Below, piece after piece: positions 25,201 through 37,147 of a stretch of 64,000 nucleotides of DNA. A model generated the notes under the pieces. It did not search any database. It saw nothing but the letters and a program-made list of their open reading frames with translations, and was not told the DNA's origin. Position 1 is the first letter of the stretch. Each line of letters begins with the position of its first letter. The stretch is from assembly GCA_051362555.1 (NCBI GenBank), contig CM120646.1, positions 3,658,001 through 3,722,000 of the forward strand, in the 5' to 3' direction. A program made the position numbers and the translations under genes. The stretch comes from Lingula anatina. Taxonomy: Eukaryota > Animalia > Brachiopoda.

Positions 25201-26569
25201 GTCATTATGCAGTGTTTTGTGTAAGTGTATTTTTCTACTTATCACAACGTGATGTATTGTCTGTAAACCTCTGTAAGGAAATCTGTAAGCAGCATTGAAT
25301 TGCGTTGTGTGTGTTGAATAAAAATTGTCACCGAGGTGCACGAATAAAAAAAAGATATAAATGTCAAGCAGATTTTAATAGTGATGATATGGACTATCTA
25401 AAATATGAGCCATTTGAATAATGAATCTTTTTGCGGGGTGCACTTCGTAATCGATTGTCTTCTTGACCTCTAATAATCACTGACCTCTCTTTCAGGATAT
25501 ACGTCGACTCCCATGGCAATGCGAAATGTGGGTGCTCCTCTTATCAGACGTGGCAAGGCTGACTGCAATCCAAATAATGAAAAGATAGCGCTTCTGCCGT
25601 TCACAGAGGAATTTGTCGCGAACCGAACAGGACAGAAGTTGCCCAAAAGTATGTTAGTTGATCCTTAGCACTATATATACAGACGTGTTAACTCCTATTT
25701 TGTTTCGCAATATCTACTAAAATATCAATAAAAGGAATTATATATTAACAAAAGTGCAATATATAATATGATTTGTTCACCCATTTAAAGCGTTCATTTG
25801 TTTGTATATTCATTCAATTACCTTTTTTATATTATGTTTGTGTTTCAAAAATATTTTCTTATATTCTACAGAACTTGCTGAAAACAGTGCGAATGAAAAT
25901 TATTCGAGAGAGTCTAAAACGTCAAGTTTACCTCAAGTCACAGAGGCCAATCCCTCAGTAACGTACCATCAAACACACACTTCTGAGGTCGAGGCTATCG
26001 GCACAACTGTGCAAGTCACCAAGTCCAAACAGGAGTCGGCGCCAAAAACAAGCGACAAGAAAGCAAAACGATCAAAACTTACTGTGGCCGAGCGTTTAGA
26101 ACAATCCGTGCGACCAAAAACGGCATCTATTAAAACGCCACTGCACTGTGCAAAAGCGGGTCCAATGCTCTTTCCCAATTACCCATCGTCACTAAAGGAA
26201 CGATATGTGACGAACCCGTATCTCAATACTCGATGTTGCTTATCTGACACAGAATCTGTAGTCTCTGATGTAATATTACCTGGGACGTACAACGAGCTTG
26301 ATACACAGCTCAGGAAGTGTGAAGATTATGAACAGAGATCTGAGACAAACCCAGTCAACTTTTCCTCCCCACTGGAGTGGAATATCTTGCCAGATATATC
26401 ACGACCAGGCGGGACAGGGCCGAGTTCATGTGATGACAATAACGACGGTTACAGTGATTTAAGTACACACGTGGACTTCTTTGGTCCAAAATTGATGGCA
26501 GATGGAGGTTTGAATAACTCGTTTAGTTCGACTGACAGCAATCAGACTCCAAGAAAGGAACTTGTATGA
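22219..26569 (+). CDS. STAND NTPase gene C: canonical P-loop, no TPR, Ser/Thr-rich low-complexity C-terminal tail, ~640 aa
   Basis: Exons 22219-23059, 24405-24521, 24802-24915, 25496-25648, 25872-26569 (1923 nt, all phase-1 introns at positions homologous to B). Motifs FVGRELE, GQPAIGKT, VILIDNCEH, GVPLHI. Exon 2 LREDRLRSL..DERAG aligns to B MKEERLKAL..SERIG. AATAAA at ~26631. Confidence 0.8.
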
Positions 26570-27324
26570 ACACAGCCCACATACGTTATTTAAAGGGATA
26601 ATAACTCTTCATATGAGATCTATATTTCACAATAAAAACCTTGTGAATAACTCATAGAAATATAATATATTCTGTTTTACCACAAAAACAGCAGTTATAG
26701 CTTTTATTCTGATATCTGAACTTGTCTTTAGACCACGTGACCTCCACTGATGTCTATACTCTGTTAAAATCTCTTAAGAGATTTTAACAAAAAACCAAAC
26801 TTTTTAGAAAAAAACCAGGGACTAACTTTGAATGTAAAAATGGATTCATTAACCATTGGTAAGTATGGGAAAATTGTTGTTTACTCCAGGAAAATTCATT
26901 TTTTGGCCGAAACGAAGAGTTATTATTGCTTTAAACTGAAAATGAGCTAAGCGTGATGAGAGAAAGAGTGAGAGAGAGAGAGAGAGAGAGAGTGCAATGC
27001 ATTTTCTCACTTTTTTTTCTGAAGCTTCACACGGCGTGTGTATATATGTACATGTGATATACGTGTTAAAAAGAATGAAATATTTATTTAAAGGGTTAGA
27101 AATATTATTCATTGTTTGTGATTCAGTCGAATTTTTATTCAGATGAATAAAAGTATTCTGGTGTATGTTAGCCATTGAGTCGTTTTCCACATATATAAAA
27201 AATCTAATTTGTGCGGAATCTGAAAACGCCATATGGTATCATTGTGTTGGATAAATATAAACCAACAAAGAAATCACGAAGTTTGTGAACATAAGTCATT
27301 GTATCTGTTTCTCCTGAGAACATC

Positions 27325-27495
27325 TAGCTAGCGTATTGCAGAAATTTGGAAACACGCTCACCGGTCTCTTGACCTCAAGCAGAATCGGTCTTGTCGGGAG
27401 AGCCCAAGTTTGGGGGGGGGGGGTCCTAGTGGATAACAGACCAGGTTATAAATTGTGGAAATTTTTTTTTCGACACAGTGGTCTCAAGTTATCAG
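27325..27495. repeat. Dispersed repeat; inverted copy at ~61947-62103
   Basis: TGTCGGGAGAGCCC..GTGGATAACAGACCAGG.TATAAATTGTGGAAA..GGTCTCAAGTTATC matches the reverse complement of ~61947-62103. Confidence 0.7.
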
Positions 27496-28197
27496 TCAGT
27501 TATAGCTCGTGGCAATATTAATCATGACAATTCCTTTGTAGTTTGTAAATTAATTTAAAAGATGATATTAGCCTTTTAAATCTTCAGTATGAAAAATATT
27601 GCCAAGCTTCATAGCATTAGGCGATATGCGTAAAATTATTTGCACATCACTACGTGCTCGAAAAAGTGCTAGGACGGAAATTGAATAGATAATTATATTT
27701 TGAGATTTTAAACTGATTTAGATTTGGCCTTTGTAAAAAAATTTCAATTAAATTCAAATAAAACGACAAAGCTTTGTTTACTTCTATGAAAATTTATTGG
27801 TAACCACAACATTTATGAACTTTCATATATATATATGCTCCACATTAAAATAATGAAAACAGACATCGATGCATTTTCATTTGTGCAGCACAAGCACGAG
27901 GAAAGCAAAAGCTGAAAAGTTTATCTAATGCCAGTTTTCCTTCTTTTCATTTTGAAGAGCAATCCTGTCTCAGCACAAATAAATACACAAAATGATTGAA
28001 TATAAACAAGTCATTATGAGTACTAGAGATGTCTCTCCCTTTACACAGTTAAGAGTCCTCTATTTTGCTTAATATATATAAGAAACTATACTAAAATTAC
28101 CGTTTAGAAATAAGGTGAATAGAATTAAATAAAAGAATGAAATCCAATTACCATGGAATGGATTTTACCAATGCCATAAAATGAAAACTGTCAACTG

Positions 28198-31100
28198 TCA
28201 AATTGTTTCATAAAAACACATTCCCGTATTCCCTACAGCTGCGTCGTCGCCTTTCATTGCCAGGAAAGGGGACAGAAAGCGCTCCACTGGATACTGTTGG
28301 TTGTCTATTCCATATTTCCTGCAAACAGCCAACAGCTTTTTCTTCGCCTCATTTACAGATTTCCCCTTTACAGCTACCTGGCATAACAGGTTCTCAAAGG
28401 GCTCATTTTCTTTCAACTCGGACTCCATTGAAAACAAAATTATTTCCCCTTTTTCATGAGCCTCGGCAAGGATCTCCAGTGTAGCAATGCCCGGTCGCGA
28501 TAGTGCCTTGGCGTGGGCTGTTGTGGTACACATGACCCCTATGAGCTGGCACCTTGGCTCCAACGGTCGGACGCTGGGCTGTATCCCACACGCAATTAAG
28601 AAATTTAGGAAAAGGATATCTGTTTCGAAGACGGTGCGTACCCAGTTCCGGTAATGGGCGCCGGTTACACGTCCGTTGATCTCGATCAGTTTCGGTCCCG
28701 TCGGCGCCATTTTAAACTCTACACTATACACTCCCTCAGTGAGACCAACCGCGTCAACACACTGCTTTGTGGCCATTACCATCTGTCGCTGCTTGTCAAG
28801 GGGTAAACTTGACGGCATACATGACGAAGTCTCAAAAAAGAGAGGAAAGCGGGTAGGTCCACAATCAGAGATGAATGCCGCTAAAATCTTTCCTCGAAAC
28901 ATGACGACCTCGACTCCATGTTTGGTTCCTAGTGCATACTCTGCTAGGTGCATTTCCTTGCCGTAACCAATACCAAACGCTTTTTCATCTGTGTTCTTTA
29001 ATGTTTTCTGAATGCTGTTGAAGCATTTCAGACATTCTTCCTCGTCTTTGACCAGATGGACACCGAAGGAATATGCCCCGTATTCCGGCTTCAGAATGGC
29101 GGGATACCTTATGAGATTTGACGATCCCTTCACATCTTCAGGTCGGACAATTTCGCGTATCTTGACGGCATATAGATGAGGTTTTGGCAAGAAAGAGCTG
29201 TAGGTTGACGATGCCAATAAAGCATTTTGGCTCAAACTTTTCTTCTTAGCCTTTCTTGAAGCCTCGGGGGTATTTCCAAGCATGCGCAGTGCTTCGCACA
29301 CCAGAGCCGTCAGAGGAACGTAATTCTCGTCCACAGTCATGCATCCGTCTACGTCTAGGCCTTGTGTGCGCAGTAGATGGACAATTTTCTTGGTATTTTC
29401 ATCATCGTGGCTGTGGTCTTCTATATCACATTGGATAAACTTGTATACCCTTTTCACCGCACTGTGATTAGGATCTGGGTCAATCAAAATGATCTGAAAT
29501 GGGTTAAAAACACGCACATGCATTAAGGAGCATTCATTAACAAGACTTCATTTTAAGAAAGCTATGACCATTACCTTGATACCAATAACAATTCTGATAC
29601 TTTTCTAATAGAAGTTCTTATAAAAATAAATTTCATATATACTTTAAACGGTAAGTTTACGACATGATATATATTTAAAGTAAATTAAATAAGCAAAACG
29701 TATAACATTTTTTTCAAATCACGAACCCTCTAAATACAAGTGTTAAATTTGTATTTCTACTGCTGAAAAAATTAACCTTAACATTGTACTCCTCGGCAGC
29801 TCTCCAAACGAACTCTTTGCGTATCCCTTCTCCTCCTCCAATAAGGAGGATTTTCTTTCCTCGAAGAAGAAATCGCTGACTACGGTTGACCATGGTTGCC
29901 ACCAGGGACCGCACGCTGCTTCCAAGCTCGGCAGGGTTCTGCAATTCCCACATCTGTGTGTTTGCAATGATTTTCCTGCTGTTATTGACACTGACAGCAA
30001 CGGCCTCATAACTGCCGGCTTCTTGCTAAGTCAAGACAAAATTGACTCCTGAAAAATATAATAAATCTATCTAGAAAAATGTAACTTTTTATCATGCAAT
30101 AAAGCCAGAGCAAGCGAATCTAGTTATCACCATTTCTGAGTCGTCTTTGTACTGCGCAAGCCTGTTACCTCATATACACTACTTAAAAGAAGTTAGGAAA
30201 TGTTTAGAACAGCTGATGTTAAGAAAGAAGGTTTACTGTTCAATAACTTTAAGCGTAAAAATTGCAAATTATAAATTATAATTGTTTGCCACAATATTTA
30301 AAAAAATCATGCATTGTGTTTGAAGCCATGTAATTTTATCTTTATTTTTACTTTATTCACCCGCCAAAATAATAATTATAACACTAATGTTTTCTTTTAA
30401 CAAGCAAAAATTATTTGTATTGCAACACAATTAAGTACAGAAATGACATCCAATACAGAATGACGAATTTGACTTAGAATTGCTAAAATTTAATAACAGT
30501 GCATGGTCATATTTCAAACTTTTGCGCCTTATATAGCGGGTGTCCCCTACGCCTTTTTTATTAGTATATTATTCGCATTCAATAAAAAATGTTAACTTTA
30601 GAGATATACACAATATTGTTTTAAATCTTAAATTATTCCATGATTTACCTATAATGCCTGTTCTTGCTAATAATCCTCCGCGTTCTTCTTTGTTGAGACA
30701 CTCCTCGTGCTTCATCCAATTTCCCAATATATCCTCCGCTTTTTCCTTGATCATTGAACGTATCTGCAAATCATGATATGAATTAGATGGGCTTTTACAG
30801 ATTTTGTTGCATAAATGTGTTGCCATCACCTCTTTGCTTCTGCAGGGATATCAGCACTTTAATTAAGTTACTTCAACGACTCACCTTGTCAATTTCGGAT
30901 CTCTTCTGTATCCCCCACTGGATAAGAAAGCTTTCCAGAGACAGTGGTAAAGTATTGTCGCAATGGAGCGTTCTGTCCGCCTGACCAATGCCGCAGACGA
31001 TGTCTGAAACCAGCTGATTCCCATCAGGAGTGCCGCAGACGACAGCTCGTATTGTGCAGGATAAGTCCTTGCTCTTGATGCTGACTAAAAATAAATGATT

Positions 31101-33414
31101 TGCACTAACAGTAGAAAAAATAATAATGCTGATTAAGCTGTTGTGTGATCTCGTTATGAGTAAAAGCATGTGACTTATATTTTAGATAAACATGAAATTG
31201 GAAAGCGCAACCATAATATTAACTGATTATGGATAGTTTTAGAAATGGACAGATTTAAAAATGCTAGTATTTTGCCGTTTCCTATAGCGAAACGTACCTG
31301 CCTGTTCCTCGTAGTCAAGATGAGGGACTGGTAATGGTTTAAGGGTCTCACAAAATGCCTCCACAACTATGCTCTCCCCCTCTTCCAGAACATCCAGACC
31401 TTGACATACGGCACTGTAGACGCCAGCTTGGTCATTGACAGAAATGTAGGACACTCTTCGTGAAGCACTCGCGCCTGCCTTGACAACTACCTAAACAATA
31501 AGAAGTTATTTTGTGAGGATTGTATGGATGAACACCGGACATGCGCATGCACAAAAAGCATATAACATTTTGAGATCTTGGCACGATCAAGTGGGAAGAG
31601 TGGGTGACTGAATGTTAATTTAATGATCGTCGATAATTGAGTTTCGAGGAAATACATCTTATTCGCCCGCCTTATATATATATATCCACTAATAACATAT
31701 CCACATGCTTGTGCGTTTTTTTCTCCTCTCACAGATAAAGAAAAATATCCTATTATTTAAAAGAATGCAAATATGGTAAAAACAATTCACTTAATATTCT
31801 CTTTTATTGTTTTTGAGAGAGAGAGAGAGAGAGAGAGAGGAGACTCGCTTATTATTAACATTTACCTTTTTCATCCCTTTTCCAAGCAAAGAACTTATTA
31901 ATACAGGCAGTTCCTTTTTGATCTTTTCTTTTCCGTCTTCTCTATTTTCAATAGCGACCACATAAATATTGCGTCTCTCCTGGTTGTAAGGCGTTCGTGA
32001 TCTGTACAAAAATGCCAGCGTATCGGGATAGGCAACACCAGCGTCCGCAACCAGAACACGAGTGAGAATTCGATCATCCAAACACTTCATCAAATCTTGC
32101 GTGACTCCCAGTGGGCATTCTAAATCTTTTTCATAATCCACGTTGTAACTGCGCATGCAAACATTTGTTTTCTCATCATCTGCAATAGGATATGTATTTC
32201 AAATTTTTTGCAAAAAAATTCTAATCCAGTGAATGAATTTTCGGGTTTAGAAATGCAAAAAATTATATAATTTATCATATAAAATTGCATAAATAAATAG
32301 AAAGAAATACAACTGAATAGAAAGATACTTGAAACAATTAATTGATAAGATAATAAGCGTGTGGTTTGAAAAAATTAATAAGACATTGCTATAGGCTTTA
32401 AAATATATACGAAATATGAATAGTCAAACAGAACGACGAATGAATACAGATTAATACACGATGACAGCTATTGTCACATGATGTAATATTTAACTTCTGG
32501 ATATTATACCTGTAGCAAGGTTCATGAAGTAAGTGACACGACGAGGTGGAGTGAAGATGTCCAAAAATGTTCGACCACAAGAGTCAAATGTGACAGCCTT
32601 GTGTACTCGTAAGGTTTGCAGTTCTCCTTCATTGGTGGGTTCTTTCTGAAGCCATGTTAAAGAGGGTACCAGTAACATACCATCAGGACACTGCTTCCCA
32701 CCCTCTAAACACAGGTTCAGACAGGTGAGAGGTTCCCCCAGTACCACCATCGTGATCTCTTCAACCGTTGACTTTGGTCGTGGGTTCTGTAAAAAAAATG
32801 CACACGTTTTAGAGCAGCGTCATCCACAATTTTAAAATATAGGTTTCATCATACATGCCTAATCCCCAATAAATATTTCGCATCATTTACAAAGAATAGC
32901 AAATGAGCTGTCCCCATATTCAAGACTTTGTTTATTTTACATACGATACGGACGGTGACATACCGCAGGAACACACAACAAAATATACTCTGTACATATC
33001 TCTTCGTGAATAGATATCGAACAGCAAATTAATTGTTCATCCTTTTATGACTGAAAGAAATAAACTACAAGGTATCCCCCCGGGCAAATCCAGGATCTCC
33101 GCGGGGCACCCAACGCACTGTCATGGAAGAGTGTGATATTGGGATTGAAATGCGAAATTTCAGGTATTTGCTACACATGAAAAATTACATCCGTGTGCTG
33201 CAGTGTCGCTTTTGGATGTGAGTTGACGAAGAGGACCGACTTTTGATAAGGTGTCGTGATGACATGGATCTCTGGATTTACCTTTGATGTTTGAAAAATT
33301 TCGTCTTACCTGCGTTCTCTCTACAGTTTCCGGCAAGTTGTAAAAACTCAGTCCTTGCTGCAAATCCTGCCAAAATAGACTTGTGTTGGTTTCTTTGATT
33401 GCGCACGCATCCAT
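28198..33414 (-). pseudogene. CARNS1: Carnosine synthase 1-like ATP-grasp ligase, copy 1 (one in-frame TAG)
   Basis: Exons 33414-33310, 32786-32510, 32179-31866, 31490-31298, 31084-30885, 30763-30649, 30048-29777, 29493-28198. CARNS1-type motifs LPET, LEGGKQCP..MLL, KAVTFD..RTFLD.FTPPRRVTYF, KEFVW, GPKLIEIN. TAG at 30028-30026 where copy 2 has CAG. Confidence 0.82.
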
Positions 33415-34799
33415 TTGTACCTTTTAATAGCATAAATATTCGTATCAATTTTCAGTACATATTTCTATCGCACTATTTCTTAGATATCATATTATTATAG
33501 TTAGAAAGGAGGTTTTCAAGCCCCGAACTCTACGGCACGGTACACTTTTAAATGCAATTTTTTGGTCTTAGTATAAGTTGTTATTTTAAGCAACCAATGC
33601 AATTTTTTAGTCTTAAAAAGCTGGTATTTTTAGCCACCGACTGGGTCTAATTTACAGTTCTTGCTATTATTAGCAAGAGCTGTAATCAGGAGCTGTTTTT
33701 AACTATTTACTTGGATTAGGAAGAAGTAGCTTCCCGTTTTATTTTATTTAAAAAAAAAAATTATAGATCAAACTGTTTTATAACCAAAACTTAGTGCATC
33801 TGCGCCCAATGACCAATGGGCTGTTGATGTAAACACAAAATGCATACCCCTGTAGGTTATAGTGTATATGTGAATGGGGAGTGTGCGTAAGAATAACAAC
33901 AACGTCTTAATAAAAGAGAACGAACAATGACCGTCCCGTAGACTTTGACAGCACTGCATGCTAAAACGTTTTACATAAGAACATGTGAATGTTAATTCGT
34001 CATTTGCGGGTAGACAGAGAACAATTATACCATGCTTATAGCTCAAAAGCTTTTAATTTTCCTTTTTTTTCAGAGATGATGAACAGAGAACAGCTCTAAC
34101 GTACCTTTGTGTTCATGAGACTTGCTGGAGAATGCCGTATACCTCGTCCTAATAGTGACTGCGCAAGACGCTCATACATGGAATAGAATAATACAAATCT
34201 TTTCTCACAAGCACAATAGGTTAAACCGCTCGGGCAGTTTTTGAAGGCGAACATTGCATAACTGCCCCTTGCAACACAAATGAGTTTTTATCACAATAAA
34301 TCAGTTGAAAAAATCTTTACTTCGTTATTTTTTAAAGCTAGGTGAGGATTAAGTGCAACAGTGAGAATCCATTAAGCACGCGTTTAACGCAAACATTTTA
34401 TCACCGACGTTAGTAATATATATATTGCTTCTGACCCTGCGAAGGCCTATTATCACGTCGTGTATAAGTTTCTCGCGACCCGGAGTTACTGTACGCGCTG
34501 GATTAAGGGTCGTCCTTCAGAGTTTAGTAGAGCAATAAATCTCGTAGGCCCGTATATACAGACTTGACATTTAATATGGAATATTTTTTCCAAATCATTT
34601 TTCATCAGTTTTTTTCCTATTTTACTGACTGATAAATGAAAATAAGGATTAAAATCGTGTTCTAATAACTTTTAATTATCTCTTTGTTGTCATTGTGACA
34701 TCAGTTCATTAATGGAATTCGCCAGAGAAGCAAACAAAAACACATTGCCTTTTCTACTTCATACGACAACCATTAAATGAGATATTTTGGATCTCCATA

Positions 34800-35900
34800 T
34801 TTTCCAAATTATTATCTGTAAAAGAGTTACACGCTCCACAAAGGACCCTCATGTCAGTGTCTATTCACAGTAACAGTCGCTGTTACGCCTGACCTCTTCT
34901 GGCTGCTACCAGCGCTCTCAAGCGGCAAGGCATTCCTTGGGATATGTTTTTAGAGTTCAATCTGGAATAACATTCCAGGCATCGGTCGAAATCTGTCCAA
35001 TTTGGCCCAGTTTTGTTGTAGGACATGTAGGCCATTCATTTGGCGAGTAATGGCCTACCCACATATTGTCTACGTGGTTCAAATATGGCGGTTTTGATGA
35101 CCAAGGTAGCTGTTCATTCCCTTGGTTCTCTAAGTAATCTGTTATTAAAAGTGCTCTGTGTGAACCGGCAATCCCACCGTACAACCTAAAATTGTTCTTA
35201 AGGTGCCCCCTATCAAATGATAGTCAAGTGTTTCCCAGATTATTCCTTTATTTAATCTGGTTCAGGTTTTCGTCGATGACTGCCATTGGTGTTTTGGCAC
35301 CAATGTGGTATCCACTTCAAATACTGACGCTGTTAATGACCTAAGTCACTTTAGAGGCGGCACACACTTCGTCGTTGGCCTCTTCTGGATGTCTGTAAAC
35401 TCTGTTTTGACTAGTTGAGCGGTACAGGTGAAATCTGACCTCAATAAAGAAAGCCACGAGGTTTTAGTGCTCAACCCAGAAACGGTCATGGTCCCTAATT
35501 CATTAGAGAAACATACAACGATGTTTTGCTGTTTACAGTGGGTTCCTCGGAGGTCGTCTGGTATTCTAACCTGCTAAAACCAGTTTGGTGTTCGCTAAGG
35601 GCCTTGAAAAATGCGTTTTGGTGGCTATTTACCCCTCATTCTGAACGGACTGGGTGGTTTTTGTTTAGTTGCTATAGCATATCCTGAAAGACAGTGGGTC
35701 CTGTACTCTGGTGGTAAGATTTTAATACATTGGGTGTTGCCTCTATGTAGGTACATCAGTCTGGGCATTACTCTATAAAACTGTGCGGACCGTTTCGTTT
35801 GGCGCAATTAACTGTCTGGCAATGTCTGTCTTTTTCGCGCCATTTTGCCACAGATTAACAAACTTGCAAAGCACTGCATAGCTCATTTTACACACTGCAA
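34800..35900 (-). mobile_element. Highly degraded Tc1-like transposase remnant
   Basis: ORF 34957-35184 has HRALLITDYL, PWSSKPPYLNHVDNMW and AWNVIP, matching the Tc1 C-terminal pattern. Boundaries approximate. Confidence 0.5.
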
Positions 35901-36655
35901 AACCGAACACTTGCATGCAAAATTTCAAATTCTTCTATGCAGTAGTTGCCGACATATGGATACTTTTTTGACAGAACCGTGCTTTGCCAAAGCCAAGCTT
36001 TGACCTGCCAAAAGGAGCACTACCCAATTAAATTACTTCATATTACATAATGCAGCAGCGTAACAAACCTGGTATTCAGTTAATTGGAAGCGACACACCT
36101 GACTACACACTTCTCCATTCACATATCTTATATGAGATCTTAGTTTTTTGAAAAAAGAACGCATTTCTACCTAGGCACACCTTCGAAACTGAAATATTCC
36201 ATATTAAATGTCAAGTCTGTAGTAGTATGACGCTGCTGTCGACATGTCGAACTGCTTCTTCAATAAACGCATAAACCGAAACGCTCCATACTGGTTCGAT
36301 ACAAGCAAGTTGCTTTTGGCTGGGGAGATCGATGGCGCAGCAATTTTCACTCATCAGTTGCACGATTTTCTTCGTTACGAAATAGCTGTAGATAAGGCGC
36401 ACAATATCTGTACCTGGCGGTGGACCGGCGGCGGCGTCTTTTTTTCTTGCCTAGAGCTACGTCGAACTTCGGGAACAGCCGCAAGAACGCCAACCAATCT
36501 GTATACCCCATCTCGATGACCGCGGCAACGGAATCACCCTCTGCGTAGCTGATTCTAACAGGGGATCTTTTGTCGTCTAACGACAACGTGTAGCCATCGC
36601 AGAACGGAACTGCTTAAACTTGCTCCTCTAAAAAGACCTCTTCAATTTCTTCTGC

Positions 36656-37147
36656 GTGTCAGTTGTGTATTTATTCTCAGGCCACGCTACAAGCAATCCT
36701 TTTAGAAAAGTTCTGAACAAAAAAGAACTAAAGATTCTAACGTGCATTTGCTTAAAGCCAACAAGTCACTGCACAGAAAGTTTCCCACGGGCAAGACTTT
36801 TGTCGACAGTTTACTTCAACGTAACTGGTATCAGGTGAAAAATCCCGACGCTGTTTTTGCTGTCGGAAAAGTTATCATGAACAAGATGGTTGACGGTGGA
36901 ACAGGGTGGGCAGTGCAAATGGCGGTGGACAGTAATAAACCCGTCTACGTGTTTGACTCTTTTAAAAACGAAAGGACTGGAGGAAGGGTCATGTCAATGG
37001 TACACGTTTGATTTTGTAATGAAAATTTTCGAATTATAACTAGATGTCCCAGAACTCACACATAATTTCGCAGGAATTGGCACTCGTGCTTTGACAGATA
37101 AAGGGAAATCTGCCATAGGGGAGGTATTTGAAAGAACGAATTTTTAA
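36656..37147 (+). pseudogene. Phage/virus-type SLOG (DprA-like fold) protein relic, frameshifted and 5'-truncated
   Basis: Joined frames give YLFSGH..ELK/LLKANKSLHRKFP..LLQRNWYQVKNPDAVFAVG..VDGGTGWAVQMAVDSNKPVYVFD/..NFAGIGTRALTDKGKSAIGEVFERTNF*. I recall this motif string from phage DprA/SLOG-like proteins; not verified by search. Confidence 0.6.

Noticed and set aside
25995-26025. RHIM-like amyloid motif in the gene C tail (GTTVQVTK)
   Set aside because: Lacks the Gly of the (I/V)Q(I/V)G core and its usual context. Such a match is expected by chance in a T/V/Q-rich tail.
28676-28966. Antisense ORFs over CARNS1-like and STAND exons (also 42803-43093, 12178-12459, 20651-20950, 62705-63016)
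   Set aside because: These are shadow frames of real exons; their recurrence follows from paralogy.
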